Source of the DNA: Nemertoderma westbladi
Lineage: Eukaryota; Animalia; Xenacoelomorpha
DNA: 40,683 nt
NCBI GenBank assembly: GCA_032718475.1
Contig: JAUCBJ010004315.1
Span: 1 to 40,683, forward strand
Direction of reading: 5' to 3'
Shown in pieces: positions 20,919 to 33,454 of this stretch. The first letter of the stretch is position 1; every line of letters starts with the position of its first letter. Made by a program: the position numbers and the translations under genes. The notes beneath the pieces are model-generated. The model saw only the letters and a program-made list of their open reading frames with translations. It was not told the origin of the DNA and ran no database searches.

Positions 20919-23900
20919 GTCTGAAGAGACAACCCAACTAGAGTTGGAAAATCTTCAAGAGAGGCAAGACAACTTCAATAAACAGTTAACAGCTAGTAAT
21001 ATGCAGATGATGAGTCGATCTACTCCCAAAAGACAGGGGTATACATCATCTGAGGAAGGCGATACTACCGATCCTGAAGGCGGAGGAAATCGATCTCGCC
21101 TAAGCAGACGTAAAAGAATGTCCCACCGTCAGAAATTGCCTGATTTGCCTCCAGCTGTTAGAAGGCAACTAGCTAGCACAGATTTAGGTAGTACAGAACC
21201 CACAGACCAAATAATTAAAATAGAAAGACTCCCTACTATAGTAGATGAGCCTGAAATAATTAGGCCTGTTCTTGAAATCACCCCTTCGGTGATAGAGACA
21301 CCTGTACTCCCAGAACCTACCTTTAAATTCCCTTTACACAGCACCAAATTATCTGTGCCTAGAGGAACAGCCCCTGAAACAGTGTCGGTCCTGGACTCCG
21401 AGCGAAATATAAAGGATATATCGCCCGTAGTCCCTCGTCTGCCCGCTACGACAGTGGCGGATCCCGCTTCGGCGGTTGATTGGGTAGACGAGAGACGGCG
21501 GGGGATGGATATTCTCCTCGGAAAGATGGAGGAGAATCGAGTGCGCTCCTCCCAACAGGTCCGAGTGTTAGAAGGGACTGTTCAACAGTTAAAGGGAACC
21601 GTAAAGGAAAGTAGGTTAGAGTTGCAAGAAGTGCAGCAAAGTATCGCGCTAGAACGCGATAAATTAGTAAATTTACAAAAGGGTATACCACCACCCCCGG
21701 TAACAATGTGTCAACCTGTTAAGTCTGAAGTATCTCATGCGCAAGGTGTGGAGCCTACACGCATATATACTGCTAGCGAAGTAGAAACTCCTATAGTGAA
21801 CCCTATTAAGGGTCATTATAGACATGTTGATAATGATATTCCCTATAGACCTGATCATAATCCGAGAAATTTATATACCGATACCTCGATATTAAATAAC
21901 TCGATGGCCCAAGAAAGTTTTACGCGTCAAATGGCTAGAACCGAAGCCCGGCAAGCGGTAAAGGTGGGAGAGATCGTCAAGTTCAATGGAGATGAGATGA
22001 AATAGTTACCTTTTAATGAATATTATAAAGATAACATACAGAACTCTGTACTATCTAATGGAGAGAAACTTAGATTCCTCATCGAGTGCTTGGAAGGATC
22101 TCCCAAGTTAATGGCGTTAAAGTTTATTGGACATCCAGACGGATTAAGACAAGTTTGGGATACACTAAACATCAGGTATGGTAATAGGAATAACATAGCT
22201 GGGTATTTGTATGCAAAGTTGGTAGCGCCCCGAAAGTTTATTAGCAGCGGGATTATAGAGTTTTCCGATGAGATTCAGGAGATCTGCCGACAATTAGATT
22301 GGCTAGGTAAGTCTCATGAGTATCAGAGTGCTATGGTTATTAGGGCAGTGGCTTCTACTTTACCAAAGGGCGGAGTAGGTACACGCTGGGACAAGAAAGT
22401 GTTATATATGATGGAACAATAACAAGAGACCCTACCATGACTGATCTCATGTCATTCTTGGATGGCGAAGTGAAATTACAGCTCATAAAGCAGTCCAGAG
22501 AAAAGACACCGGAAAACAAGGTAAGTGAGAAACCCGTCTCTAGGAGAAAGGTAACACCAGTGTGTTATACAGACGACGGCGAAAGCCAGACTTCTCAAGG
22601 AGAGGATAGCGGGAAAGACACTGAAAGATCTTATTATGTCAATAAAACGCCTAAAGACCAGGTAAGTAAATTCAAGTCTCGAACCAATGACAGGAGAGAA
22701 CAGGTAAGAAAAACTCCTCCTACGTCTCCCAAGAGAATTCAGGTGAGAAAGCCCAAAGAAAGAACGAGTGTGCACAATGTTACTCAAAATAAGGTAAGTA
22801 ACATCAAACCGAAATGTGCGCTATGTGACGGGACTCGCCGTTTGAATATGTGTGATGAATTCCTGAAGAAATCATTAGCGGAGAGACGGGAAGTCATGTG
22901 GGATAAGCAGTTATGTTATAATTGCCTCAGACAAGGACACCAACGGCGAACCTGTTACTCCGACACAAGGTGTGCAAAGTGCGGTGCGAAACATCATATC
23001 TTGTTGCACACTGAATTCGAGCGAAATAGTCCGAGTCAGGTAAGTGATTCCGAACTACATGTCCAATTCAGTGATGTGAACGACACTGATCAATCTGAGA
23101 TGGAAGGATTCTATACGGACGAGTTCTCCGACGAAAACGAATCCTGTTACATGATAAATACCGCAGTGTATCGAGCACTCACGTATGAAAAAGATACAGA
23201 CAGCGACCTCACCCTAACTACTTCTGATCGACAACCATCTTGGAAAGCGCCATCTTCCAATGTAGGAATCCGAGAATTTCCTGTAGTACAGGTAAGGGTC
23301 CACGGACCTAAAAGGAGTTATGTAGTGAACGCCCTCCTTGACTCCGGTAGTACAGGAACATTCATCGACAAAGAACTAGCCGAAGACATCTTTGCTGGAC
23401 AACCCAAGTTCCGAACTAAGCTAAACATATCAGGAATTATGCAGGTTTGGAAATCTACAGTAATCGCGGATTATTATGTAGGTGCGTTGTCCACCCCCCA
23501 GGATGAACTAGGAGAACATAGTATAAGGTCAGTAAAAATGGTGGCGATAAAGAACTTCGCTACCACTCAAGTGGAACCTTATAACTGGGATGAGGACGAT
23601 TTCACCCAGCAGCTGGAAATACCTAGATTCAACACCAATTACCCTGGAGTGCAAATACTCATCGGTCAAAACGCGCATGAAGCGCTCGAGACATTGGAGA
23701 AACGGCCCGCTCAACCGCAACCACTACAAGCTTATGCGGGAAGAACTAGAGTGGGTTGGTACTTTACTGGCCCTTCCCGTAGAACTCTCATGGAAAGATT
23801 ACCGAAAGACCAGGTATGTCAAGTGAGAGAATGGGAAATCGAGGGCAGTGAGTTAGATGATCTAACTGAGGGAACACCATACTCCTCAGATAATGACGAT

Positions 23901-24568
23901 GTCCACCAACTTTTCAATGAGGAGAATACCATCGATCTCCTTAAGGAAAACGAGACTTGGCAAAACCAAGTGAACTTATGTCAGCTCCTTCTTCCATCAG
24001 AACGAGACGACTATAACGACGAACTTAATGACGTCATTGAACGATATAATGCCAAGACTCGGGATGAACATGCCGTACGATTCTTTACTCAAGAGGCTGT
24101 AGAGCCCAATTCCTACGATAAGGCCCTATCGGTAGAGGAAGAAAGAGCCAAGCAGATCCAAGAGACAACTACACGTTTTCTTAAAGATCAAGGTAGATAT
24201 GAGATCGGGCTACCTTTCCGAAAGCGAGAACCAAAGTTCGTAAACAACAGACCCTTGGCGGAGAAAAGAATTGCTCAACTACATCGACGCCTTACGGCAA
24301 ATTCTTCAGCTAAAGAAATGTATCAAACACAATTGAAGAAATTTATTAGCAAGGGATATGCGGAGCTAGTACCGGAAGAAACACCTATAACTGAGAGAAC
24401 GTATTATTTAACTCACCATTATGTTCCCAAACCCGGTAAACCCCATGAAGTACGAGTGGTGTTTGACGGCTCCGCCCTCTATATGGGCCAATCCCTTAAT
24501 TCTGAATTGCTACCCGGACCCAACTTACTCCAATCATTGTTGGGAATACTTTTAAGATTAAGACAATA

Positions 24569-27500
24569 TTGCATTGCTTTCGCCTCAGATATAGAAGGCA
24601 TGTTCTTACAAGTCAAACGCTGGATAAGGATCAAGATAGCCTACGATTTCTGTGGTGGCCTGAAGGAGACCTCAACCAGAAACCGGTGGAGTACTGGATG
24701 ACCATCCAAGCTTTTGGGATAATCTCGAGCCCTTCAAACGCCTGTTCCGTAGTGCGCACCACTGCGGATGACAACCGAGACGCCTTCTCTAAAGAGGTGA
24801 TTGACAACATCAAGAGAGATATATACATGGACGACAATCTAAAGTCCCTTCCATCAGTCGAAGAAGCCATTGATGTCGCTAAAGGAACGGTAGAGTGCTT
24901 AAAAAGAGGTGGATTTCGATTAACTAAATTCACCAGCAACTCCCGTGAGTTTCTGGAGTCGATCCCGGTAGAAGATCGAGGAGCAAAAGACCTGGATCTA
25001 ATAAAAGATGATCTCCCAGAAACTAAGACCCTTGGTTTGAAATGGGACACCGAAAGAGATATCCTGTTTTTTCAACTAAAACAGCGCGATAATCCAGTTC
25101 GGACTAAACGGATTTGTTTAAGTATCCTGAGCACTTATTTCGATCCATTGGGATTTATTAGCCCAGTTATATTGATTGCTCGGAGTTTAGTACAACAAAT
25201 GTGGCTTGAAAACCACTCATGGGACGATCCACTCAAGGGAGAGTTGTTAAAGAAGTGGATGAAATGGGAAGATTCTCTACCAGCCATCGAGAACTTTATA
25301 ATTTCCCATTCATATTTTGGTCATGTTCTCCCTACGTATTCCTATCAACTCCATGTGTTTGGAGACGCCAGCGATATGGGAATAGGTATAGTAGCCTACC
25401 TAAGGGTGGAAACTCCAGACGGAATCAAAGTTGCCTTGGTTACTTCTAAGGCATTGATAAACAACAAGTTGAAAGTTCCTCGAGCGGAGTTAAAAGCGGC
25501 TCTATACGCTACAGCCATCGGCCGGAATGTAACAGAACAGATCGACTATCCACTGGAGAAAACTGTCTATTGGACTGACGCTTTACTCGTGTTGGAGTAT
25601 ATAACCAATGAAGTCTGTCAGTTCAGCGTCTTCGTTACCAACAGAGTAGCTATTATACTCAGTCGCACAATGATGGATCAATGGAGACATTGCCCCGGAA
25701 CGATTAACCCAGCAGATATCGCCTCCAGGGGAGCAACTCCACAAGAACTGGTAGATACTCCAGACTGGCTAGGTGGACCCGACTTCCTCTACAAAGAAGA
25801 AGAAGAATGGCCTCCTCATCTTACTACCACAGAGATTAGACAGGCCAAGGGAGCGGAGAAAGTCAAACCTAAAACTCGGGCGAGTAAATCGAAGTTATTC
25901 AAACCTATGGTGGATCTGTCTGTACTACATACTTCCGGAGATGACGCTTTGGATCAGAAATCCACAGCCACAAATAAACTTGTGGAAATCCGTGATAAGG
26001 ATTGGAAATCTGGAATACCAGACGTCTCGCAAGGACTCTCACCTCTTCTGCAGAGAGCGATATATCACTACAGTTCCTGGAATCGGCTCTGTAAGGCCGT
26101 TACATATTTAAAGAGATGTTTTCACCATCACTACTCCGGGATGAAGGCCAAAGGTGATACCGCTCCAATAACATCAGTGCAGGTCCATGTTATTAAAGAT
26201 CTTCCCAAATATAAGATACCCGACAGGTTTCTGAAGGAGAAGATCAGTTATCAGGAGCATGAAGAAACCAACAAGCAGATGCTGAGACTCCTGCAATGCT
26301 ATGAAGATTCCGATAAGTATTTCCTGTTGTTGAGAAATCCACAGATGCGCTTAAGGGATCGTTTCTCTAGCACAATGATAGATGGGTTGATACGTGTTGG
26401 AGGAAGATTAACGAATGCTCCACTATCCTTTGACACTAAGTTTCCCATACTTATTAGAAATCTTGAAATACAAGTCAAGATGATTGTAGACGTTCACAGC
26501 AAACTTTATCATGCTGGTAGGGAACGAGTTCTTAGCGAAATTCGAACTCGCTATTATTTTTATAAACCCTGTAGAGCTCTGAACCAAGTTCTTAGGAACT
26601 GCATACCCTGTAGGAAAGCATTCAGTAGGCCTTTAACACAGCGAGAGGCAGAATTACCTAGGGAACGAGTAAGCTTCTATGAACCACCCTTTACTAATAC
26701 CGGTGTGGATTTATTTGGTCCCATTGAAGTATATCGTGCTAGGACTATAGTCAAGAGATGGTGTGTCATCTTTGTTTGTATGACTTGTAGAGCTATCCAT
26801 CTCGACATGGTGAACGATTTATCTACCAACAGCTTTCTATTAAGCTTACGACGACAGATCGCTCGCTTTGGCACTAGTAACACGATGAGATCTGATAATG
26901 GAACAAACTTCATTGGTGCCAACAATGAAATCAAAGCTTACGTCAAAGATTGGAACCAAAGACAGGTGGACGATCAGCTACGAGTAACAGCGTCTAGCTG
27001 GACCTTCAACGCCGCCGACGCCCCTTGGTGGGGAGGAAGTTGGGAGAGATTAATAAGAAGTGTGAAGACAGCATTTCACTTTATAGTACCTTGCCGCGCG
27101 TATCTCACCGACGAACTTTTGCGGACGTTAATGGAGGAAATCGCCGCCTATCTCAACGAGAGACCACTTATGCCAGTCTCATCGAGTCCCGATTCCCTGG
27201 AAGCGCTAACACCCGCGCATTTCCTACTAAAGAAACCTGTAGCCATGCTCCCACAATCGGAAATCACAGACGGAGGCGAATACTGCCAGCAAACTTGGCA
27301 ACTCATGCAGTTGTTATCCCGTCGTTTCGCTGACCATTTCGAAAAACATTATCTGCCCACGCTACAACTTCGAACTAAGTGGTTTGCGCAGCAAGAAAAC
27401 GTCAGCGCTGGAGACATGGTTCTTATTGTGGATGTAGATCTTCCACGTAAGTGGTGGCAGACAGGTCGTATCATCGAGACTCACATCTCGGATGACGGTT

Positions 27501-27706
27501 TGGTGCGATCGGTAGAACTCGTCGTCATGCGACGTAACTTCAAGAAACCGGGAATTGTCTTCGAGACGCAGCAGCTCAATCGCCCAGTTGGTCGCTTATG
27601 TTTACTGGAAAGAGACAGAGAACTCTCCGGAAACTATGGGAGGCAAGATACTCTTCCCACGACCACCTCCCTAATCCAACAAACATCTAGGGACTCCCCA
27701 GCTTAG
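24569..27706 (+). CDS. pol: Pol C-terminal segment: RT, RNase H, integrase (homologous from ~24617)
   Basis: Uninterrupted ~1030 codons with YMDD, RNase H and DDE motifs. Confidence 0.9.
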   Translation: MHCFRLRYRRHVLTSQTLDKDQDSLRFLWWPEGDLNQKPVEYWMTIQAFGIISSPSNACSVVRTTADDNRDAFSKEVIDNIKRDIYMDDNLKSLPSVEEAIDVAKGTVECLKRGGFRLTKFTSNSREFLESIPVEDRGAKDLDLIKDDLPETKTLGLKWDTERDILFFQLKQRDNPVRTKRICLSILSTYFDPLGFISPVILIARSLVQQMWLENHSWDDPLKGELLKKWMKWEDSLPAIENFIISHSYFGHVLPTYSYQLHVFGDASDMGIGIVAYLRVETPDGIKVALVTSKALINNKLKVPRAELKAALYATAIGRNVTEQIDYPLEKTVYWTDALLVLEYITNEVCQFSVFVTNRVAIILSRTMMDQWRHCPGTINPADIASRGATPQELVDTPDWLGGPDFLYKEEEEWPPHLTTTEIRQAKGAEKVKPKTRASKSKLFKPMVDLSVLHTSGDDALDQKSTATNKLVEIRDKDWKSGIPDVSQGLSPLLQRAIYHYSSWNRLCKAVTYLKRCFHHHYSGMKAKGDTAPITSVQVHVIKDLPKYKIPDRFLKEKISYQEHEETNKQMLRLLQCYEDSDKYFLLLRNPQMRLRDRFSSTMIDGLIRVGGRLTNAPLSFDTKFPILIRNLEIQVKMIVDVHSKLYHAGRERVLSEIRTRYYFYKPCRALNQVLRNCIPCRKAFSRPLTQREAELPRERVSFYEPPFTNTGVDLFGPIEVYRARTIVKRWCVIFVCMTCRAIHLDMVNDLSTNSFLLSLRRQIARFGTSNTMRSDNGTNFIGANNEIKAYVKDWNQRQVDDQLRVTASSWTFNAADAPWWGGSWERLIRSVKTAFHFIVPCRAYLTDELLRTLMEEIAAYLNERPLMPVSSSPDSLEALTPAHFLLKKPVAMLPQSEITDGGEYCQQTWQLMQLLSRRFADHFEKHYLPTLQLRTKWFAQQENVSAGDMVLIVDVDLPRKWWQTGRIIETHISDDGLVRSVELVVMRRNFKKPGIVFETQQLNRPVGRLCLLERDRELSGNYGRQDTLPTTTSLIQQTSRDSPA

Positions 27707-28251
27707 TAGCATATGGAGTGGGTGTGTGACCATATTATTTTATATTCTTATTATTTTATATTTATGTATATATTATTATGTAATTTTATTATAATCGTTT
27801 TATTTAATTTTATTTAGTAGCATGTTATTTTAGCGATTATTTAGTAGATTAGTGCAATATATTCGCGTTTATTACGTAATTACTTATATTATATATTTAG
27901 TGCGACGGCGAGAAACAATTCTTTTTCTCTTTCCTTGCTGCCCGTATTACATTACGAATACGTAACTACAGTAAGATGAAATGTCCGTACTTATTAAAGT
28001 ACAATAAAGCCACTACTATATTCAAGTATTATTGGTAGGCAGAGTATTAGGAATGCAAAGTTCAGATCCTCGTGTCTCGGCTAAACCAAGCTCTGGGTAG
28101 ACCTTGGAAACGACTTGCCTCTTCACACTGACATTGCTTCGTGCGATATTGCTCTCATACCGTATATTAAATAATACATATAGTAGCGTGATGTCCCTTT
28201 AACAGTAGCGTATAACGCAAAATAAATCTGTTAAACCCTTTGACCATCTGC

Positions 28252-28545
28252 AATTCTAGTCGATTAAGATATCGCGGCACCCACCGATATACTTGAAAGA
28301 CAAAATTCTAGAATCAGTGGTTAACGTCCCCAGACAAGTTCTGGAATAAACTGGTGCCCATCCTAAATATTAATTATTAATATTTACAAAATCTGTCAAA
28401 TATCAGATCCTTTAAAATTCTAGTCGATTAAGATATCGTAGCACTTACCGATACTCTTAAAAGGACAAAATTCCTAGAATCAAGGATCCCAGTCCCCAGA
28501 CACGTTCTGGAATAAAATTGTGTCTATTTTAATATTAAATAATAA
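28252..28545 (+). repeat. ~164-bp tandem duplication downstream of pol
   Basis: AATTCTAGTCGATTAAGATATCG at ~28252 and ~28417; GTCCCCAGACA.GTTCTGGAATAAA in both copies. Confidence 0.85.
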
Positions 28546-29348
28546 AATTTACGGGAATAAATTTAAATTCATATATTTCAATGAATTTAATAAATTGTCA
28601 TTTTATACAATTTATAACATTCCCAAAATTCCATTAATTAATAGATCATGGGAGCGGAGATTCACTCTATTAAGTGTATTTGTGTGCGAGAATCTCCAAT
28701 ATATAGTCAATAGCCGATAAAATTCATAAAATCATATATGGAGAGGATATTGACAATTAAAGAATTACTATTAAATAGCATCCCAGATCTGTATGCATGA
28801 GAATTACCCTAATTCTACCGCTAGCTTTCCATAATGTCACCATGGCAACAACCACGCTAGAATTAGAAGTGATTTAAAAGAACAATAGAAAGCTTGCCCC
28901 ATTGAATAGCATAGTGAATAAATAGCGCACTGCTAGTATCCAAGGATACATAATAAATACAGTGACATTCTGGAAGGCACTTGACTAACGGACAAATGAC
29001 CCGAATGTGTGATAGAATGTGTACCATTTGTGACAGTTACGTGGAATTTGTGCGTTTGTAGGTGAATGTTACTACTAAGGTGTGTTTACAGTAGCGAGTC
29101 GCAATTGTGAAAGTAGCCCTAACTCTCCAGTAAGAACCTGAAGTATATCTAAGCCTTTGGGACGGACGGTGGAGTGACTTGTGCTGGTTGTTGTAGTCGT
29201 TGTGCAGCTACGACGTTGGCGATAGGCACATCGACGAAAATACACCAGCGCTGAGGATCTCGCATTGTCCGGGGGCAGAGAGGGGTAGGCAGCGACGCCT
29301 GCTCGCCTAAATATAAACTCATAATATGGATAAACTTATATAGCAAAT

Positions 29349-30164
29349 ATGATTGAGTTGATAGAAGATGATCTTGGTATCAGGGAGCGATATACTCTAC
29401 CTTTACAAGCGTTTGTTGATAGCTTGATACGCGGCGACGCTGGTCCAACTACTACGGAGGACGATGGTCGTTATATCGAACCGCCAATATCCCAGGAACA
29501 ACTTACGCGTGAATTGGACTATAGAAAATTCACCGCTCGCTATACGCATCGTAATGGTACGTATATGGACTTCTTAACTACTGGTCATCCTATCGACCTA
29601 CACGATACGAACGATATAGACACCAAAAGGGAAATGGTTTTATTTAAATATCATACCCAGCGGAAGCGGAACGATAAACACGAACACGAAAATTCTATTC
29701 GAAACCGACTCGAAAGTGCAGATGTTGAAGAGCCGGATAAACGCAGCGACTTCACCAAATACTGGGAATTCTTGAGAGAAACCTATCTCGATATTACCAG
29801 TCAACAGAATTTAGAAACTCGATATCCTCAAGGTATACATCATGACCGCATGGTAGAACTCAAACGGCTCTATTCCACTATGATGTATCTTACCGCCGAT
29901 CGACCGCTACCTGTTGTACCGGATAGCTTCGAACGGATGGAGGAATATTGTAAGCTGGAGAAAGATCACTCGCGTTTTCCCTACAAGACGTGCGTTTTTT
30001 TTATTATTGCGATGAATGCCCAAGACCCAACCAACAAACGGAAAGACATAAACATCCGCGGAGACGTTGCTTTAAACACGGTTTTACTCGCTATATTTAC
30101 GGGAGTTTCGAGCGAAACTTGTTCGATGTATCACCTACGCTCGTTCGACTCAGACGATCCTTAA
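29349..30164 (+). CDS. Additional ORF of unknown function between pol and the 3' LTR (probably continues via frameshifts to 30864)
   Basis: 271-aa ATG ORF of globular composition in an otherwise AT-rich region; adjoining open frames to 30472 and 30562-30864. Confidence 0.6.
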   Translation: MIELIEDDLGIRERYTLPLQAFVDSLIRGDAGPTTTEDDGRYIEPPISQEQLTRELDYRKFTARYTHRNGTYMDFLTTGHPIDLHDTNDIDTKREMVLFKYHTQRKRNDKHEHENSIRNRLESADVEEPDKRSDFTKYWEFLRETYLDITSQQNLETRYPQGIHHDRMVELKRLYSTMMYLTADRPLPVVPDSFERMEEYCKLEKDHSRFPYKTCVFFIIAMNAQDPTNKRKDINIRGDVALNTVLLAIFTGVSSETCSMYHLRSFDSDDP

Positions 30165-30942
30165 ATAAACCAATGATCAGAGTTTCGGAATACTCGATCA
30201 GATCTTCTCATTCCCTAGTGAGACCTCAGACTCTTGATCCTATTAGTATGACGGATCCTCCCGAGCTGTACTCACTACTCAAAGATCTAGTGTTACCTGA
30301 ACAATTAGTCGGTGGCACCCCGGTTGTGGGCTTCCTAGATATTAGCCCATCCTACCTAGCCGGATTGGGACGCGGACATTTAATATCGCCGTTTAACCCT
30401 TACCATCGTCCCGGCTTAACACGATATAACCTGTCACCAAAGTGGCGGAGAGCGTTGTACCAAATGAGTTAGACGCTATTCTACAAAGATCGGAAAAGGA
30501 ACTTACGCTTGTTCAGATAAACGTAAATTGCACTAGCAAGTCCAAGCGGTAAACAAAGTAAATTTATCTCAGTTCGATCGGGAAATCCAGAATCTCTAAG
30601 AAGTTATCGAACTTGGACGACCCTATTCTCTGCGAGAGTTTTTGGATGAACGTATCCAGCTACGAGCGGAGGAAAATCAGCTCGAGGAGAAGCATATCGA
30701 CCGGCGGATACACCGATCGTAATCCTAAACCTTCTGATGCAATTGTATTGCACCCTTCACCCAGGAGTTACAGCCCTCCTAGTAAAGTGGCTCGCCCCAA
30801 AGAGAAAAGGACTCTTGCTAGCCTCAAAAAACTGCGTAAACGCCGTCCGCGTAAGAAAGGCTAACTGTTTAGAGTATTTTTATATTTTAGAAACTGTGAT
30901 TTGTTATATTTTATAGACTTAAATCCCATTTTCTGGGAGCGG

Positions 30943-33454
30943 TGTAAAGGCTTTTGCGTAATTAGCCGGTTATTTTTCCCGTAAAGTACTCTGTAGTTGG
31001 TTTACCAGGCATAAAAAGGCCGTGTCCTTACTGTACTGGTGTTTTGGAGGACATAAAAGTAATTTCTTCTGTATGTGTACTAGTGTTGAGAACTGAATCA
31101 ATTTTGACTAATTTCAGTTACAGTTGCAGTTTCAGTATTCAAAGTTTTGCATTTCAGTTACAGTTGCAGTTTCAGTATTACAAAGTGTAACATTTCAGTT
31201 ACAGTTACAGTTTCAGTATTACAAAGTGTAACATTTCAGTTACAGTTACAGTTTCAGTATTACAAAATTGAGCATTTCAGTTTCAGTTACAGTTTCAGTT
31301 ATAGATTCAATATATATGATCTCACGTAGTAAGCAGTCATCTGAAACTAAAAATGAGGCACTTTAATATATTACTGTTATATATGCTAATAATAATGTTC
31401 ATTACGAAACGTCCTCTTTCTAGAGCTAATAGGTAGTTGTTGTAGGAAAGTTGGACCCACTCTATGGTAATAGTTTGTAACTAATATAGGGCCTACTGAT
31501 AGTACTGTATGTAATGAAAGTGGCGGTCACAAGATCAACTAAAGGCACCCACATTTTACTGTACAACTTGTTTCAGTGCTTGTACACTTATTGTTATCAT
31601 TTATTGTTTTGGTTATAAAGCCATGGTTCTGAATCCTGCTCATTTTCCTTAATTCGTAATTTGTTTTAGTAATCATATATTTATTGTTTTGGTTAGACCC
31701 ACCTCGATAAGCTGCTCCTTTCACTTTTAAGTTTAATTTTGTAATTTATAATGGCAAACTTGATCAAAATTTAATTTCCAGTGTGCCTCTAGTGTGATTG
31801 TGATATTAATAGTACCGGTAAAAACATTAATAATTAATAATGTAAAATCCGTTAATATCCCTCTACCATTAGGCCTAACTTTGTTTATCTAAAACATTTA
31901 CATTTAATATGAAACCAAAGTGGTGATAAGGCTGATAGGTGATAGTCTAATAGTTGAGACAGATAAACATAGACTTTATGCTACTGTAGATCTTCGTTCA
32001 CTAACTTGACTCGCCAAATAAATCACATTTGAGCTAAGTGGACAATGGGTCTTTGATTTTATATTGTGTAATATTATGGTTTTGTTCAGATGTGGAAAAA
32101 ATGAGATTGTTTTTTTTATAACAATGTTTTAAAAATGATACCTATGGTAACCACTGTTATTCATTTATTAAACTATACTCTATACTTTATTACAATACTG
32201 TTTTAAATGCTCATTCATGTTAATTGTGTGGTTGAGAACTGAATCGGATTTTGTTAATTTCAGTTTCAGTTACAGTATTCAAAATTCGTAATTACAGTTT
32301 CAGTTACAGTTACAGTATTCAAAATTCGCAATTACAGTTACAGTTATAGTTACAGTATCAAAAAAATCATCAAAACCATTCAGTTACAGTTGCAGTTACA
32401 GTATAATTACAGTTACAGTTCTCAACACTAATGTGTACTTTAGCGGACATAATCCGCAATTTTATGACGCAATACGCCGGATCCTCTTGAAACAGTGTAG
32501 CTACCATGACGACGGCTAACAGCTGATATTGCCACGTAGAACATCTCTTTGTTCTTTGTTCTCTCTTTGTTCGGTCGACCAATCAGAGCGTTTTTTGCCT
32601 CTGTGTTAGATGGTAGATAGAAACTCGTGGAGTTGAGTCAGTATGTGATTTTTCCACAGCCTACAACACCGGCGTGGAACCTCCGTGTTTCAGTCTTTAG
32701 TTCAACATTAGCAGGCTTAATTATAGAACGTATATCCGTTATCTCACTGATCATATCTCACTCAGTCACTCATAATCATTCATAACTTAACATTACTGCT
32801 TTGCTGTCGGTTATTCATTATATTTGTTGATGAAATATTATATTTGGAATACTGATAAACAATCAGACACCCCAATCTTCTTGATATACTAAAGGTTAGA
32901 GAGACCGGATACATATAACGATTGCGACTTACATTAAGTGGTTTGAAGTGAATCTAATGCTATTTTATAGGCCCTACACGTATTGTCTGTTGTTCTCCTT
33001 ATATGTGACTAAAATTAGTGAAGGTCGGCAGATTGGTGTGCAGCATTGTGCAGCATTGTGTATGATTGTGATTGATAACGAAGCATCTCCTAAAGAATGC
33101 GCCATATACGTGAATCTATAGCCATCCCGTTGTGTCTAGTTTAAGTCATAACTCTGTTTATATATTTAGAGCGCCACGTCCTAAAGGAACTGTTAATATT
33201 TCCCGAAAGTGAATAATATTGTCAGAGATTATATATATTAAGATCAGTCGAATAATACAGTAGGCCTATCCCGCAATACGATTAGGCTTCCGAATCCAGT
33301 CTCCTGGGTATATCCAGCGGGTGAATGATCGCGCATAGACTGGTTTCGGCTAATGTAGTGTATCAAATATTTGTCGTAGGCTAAAGACTATCTATTATCT
33401 AGAAGACATCCTAATTTGGCAGGTTAAACTGCTAAAGGTCTGAAAGCGCGAACA
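30943..33454 (+). repeat. 3' LTR of element 2, interrupted by a hAT MITE
   Basis: Starts TGTAAAGGCTTTTGCG like 16315; ends GCGCGAACA like 17324. Confidence 0.95.
31081..32430. mobile_element. Non-autonomous hAT element (1350 bp)
   Basis: TIR TAGTGTTGAGAACTG / CAGTTCTCAACACTA; 8-bp TSD ATGTGTAC (31073-31080, 32431-32438); empty site visible in the 5' LTR; subterminal (CAGTTW)n. Confidence 0.95.

Larger units (their letters stand above)
19581..27706 (+). pseudogene. gag-pol: Disrupted BEL/Pao gag-pol polyprotein
   Basis: KFNGDEMK*LPF (in-frame TAG 22003-22005); Zn knuckles CALC, CYNCLRQGHQRRTC, CAKCGAKHHILLH; PR ALLDSGS; RT DIEGMFLQV...YMDD; RH VFGDAS, PRAEL, YWTD; IN HAG...CIPC, GVDLFGP, SDNGTNF, GGSWERL; frameshifts near 20430, 22420, 24615. 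Confidence 0.95.
16315..33454 (+). mobile_element. Full-length BEL/Pao LTR retrotransposon (~15.8 kb without the nested MITE)
   Basis: LTR pair TGT...ACA; 5-bp TSD CAAAC at 16310-16314 and 33455-33459; gag-PR-RT-RH-IN order with Pao-type motifs; PPT-like GGGAGCGG at 30935-30942. Confidence 0.97.
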
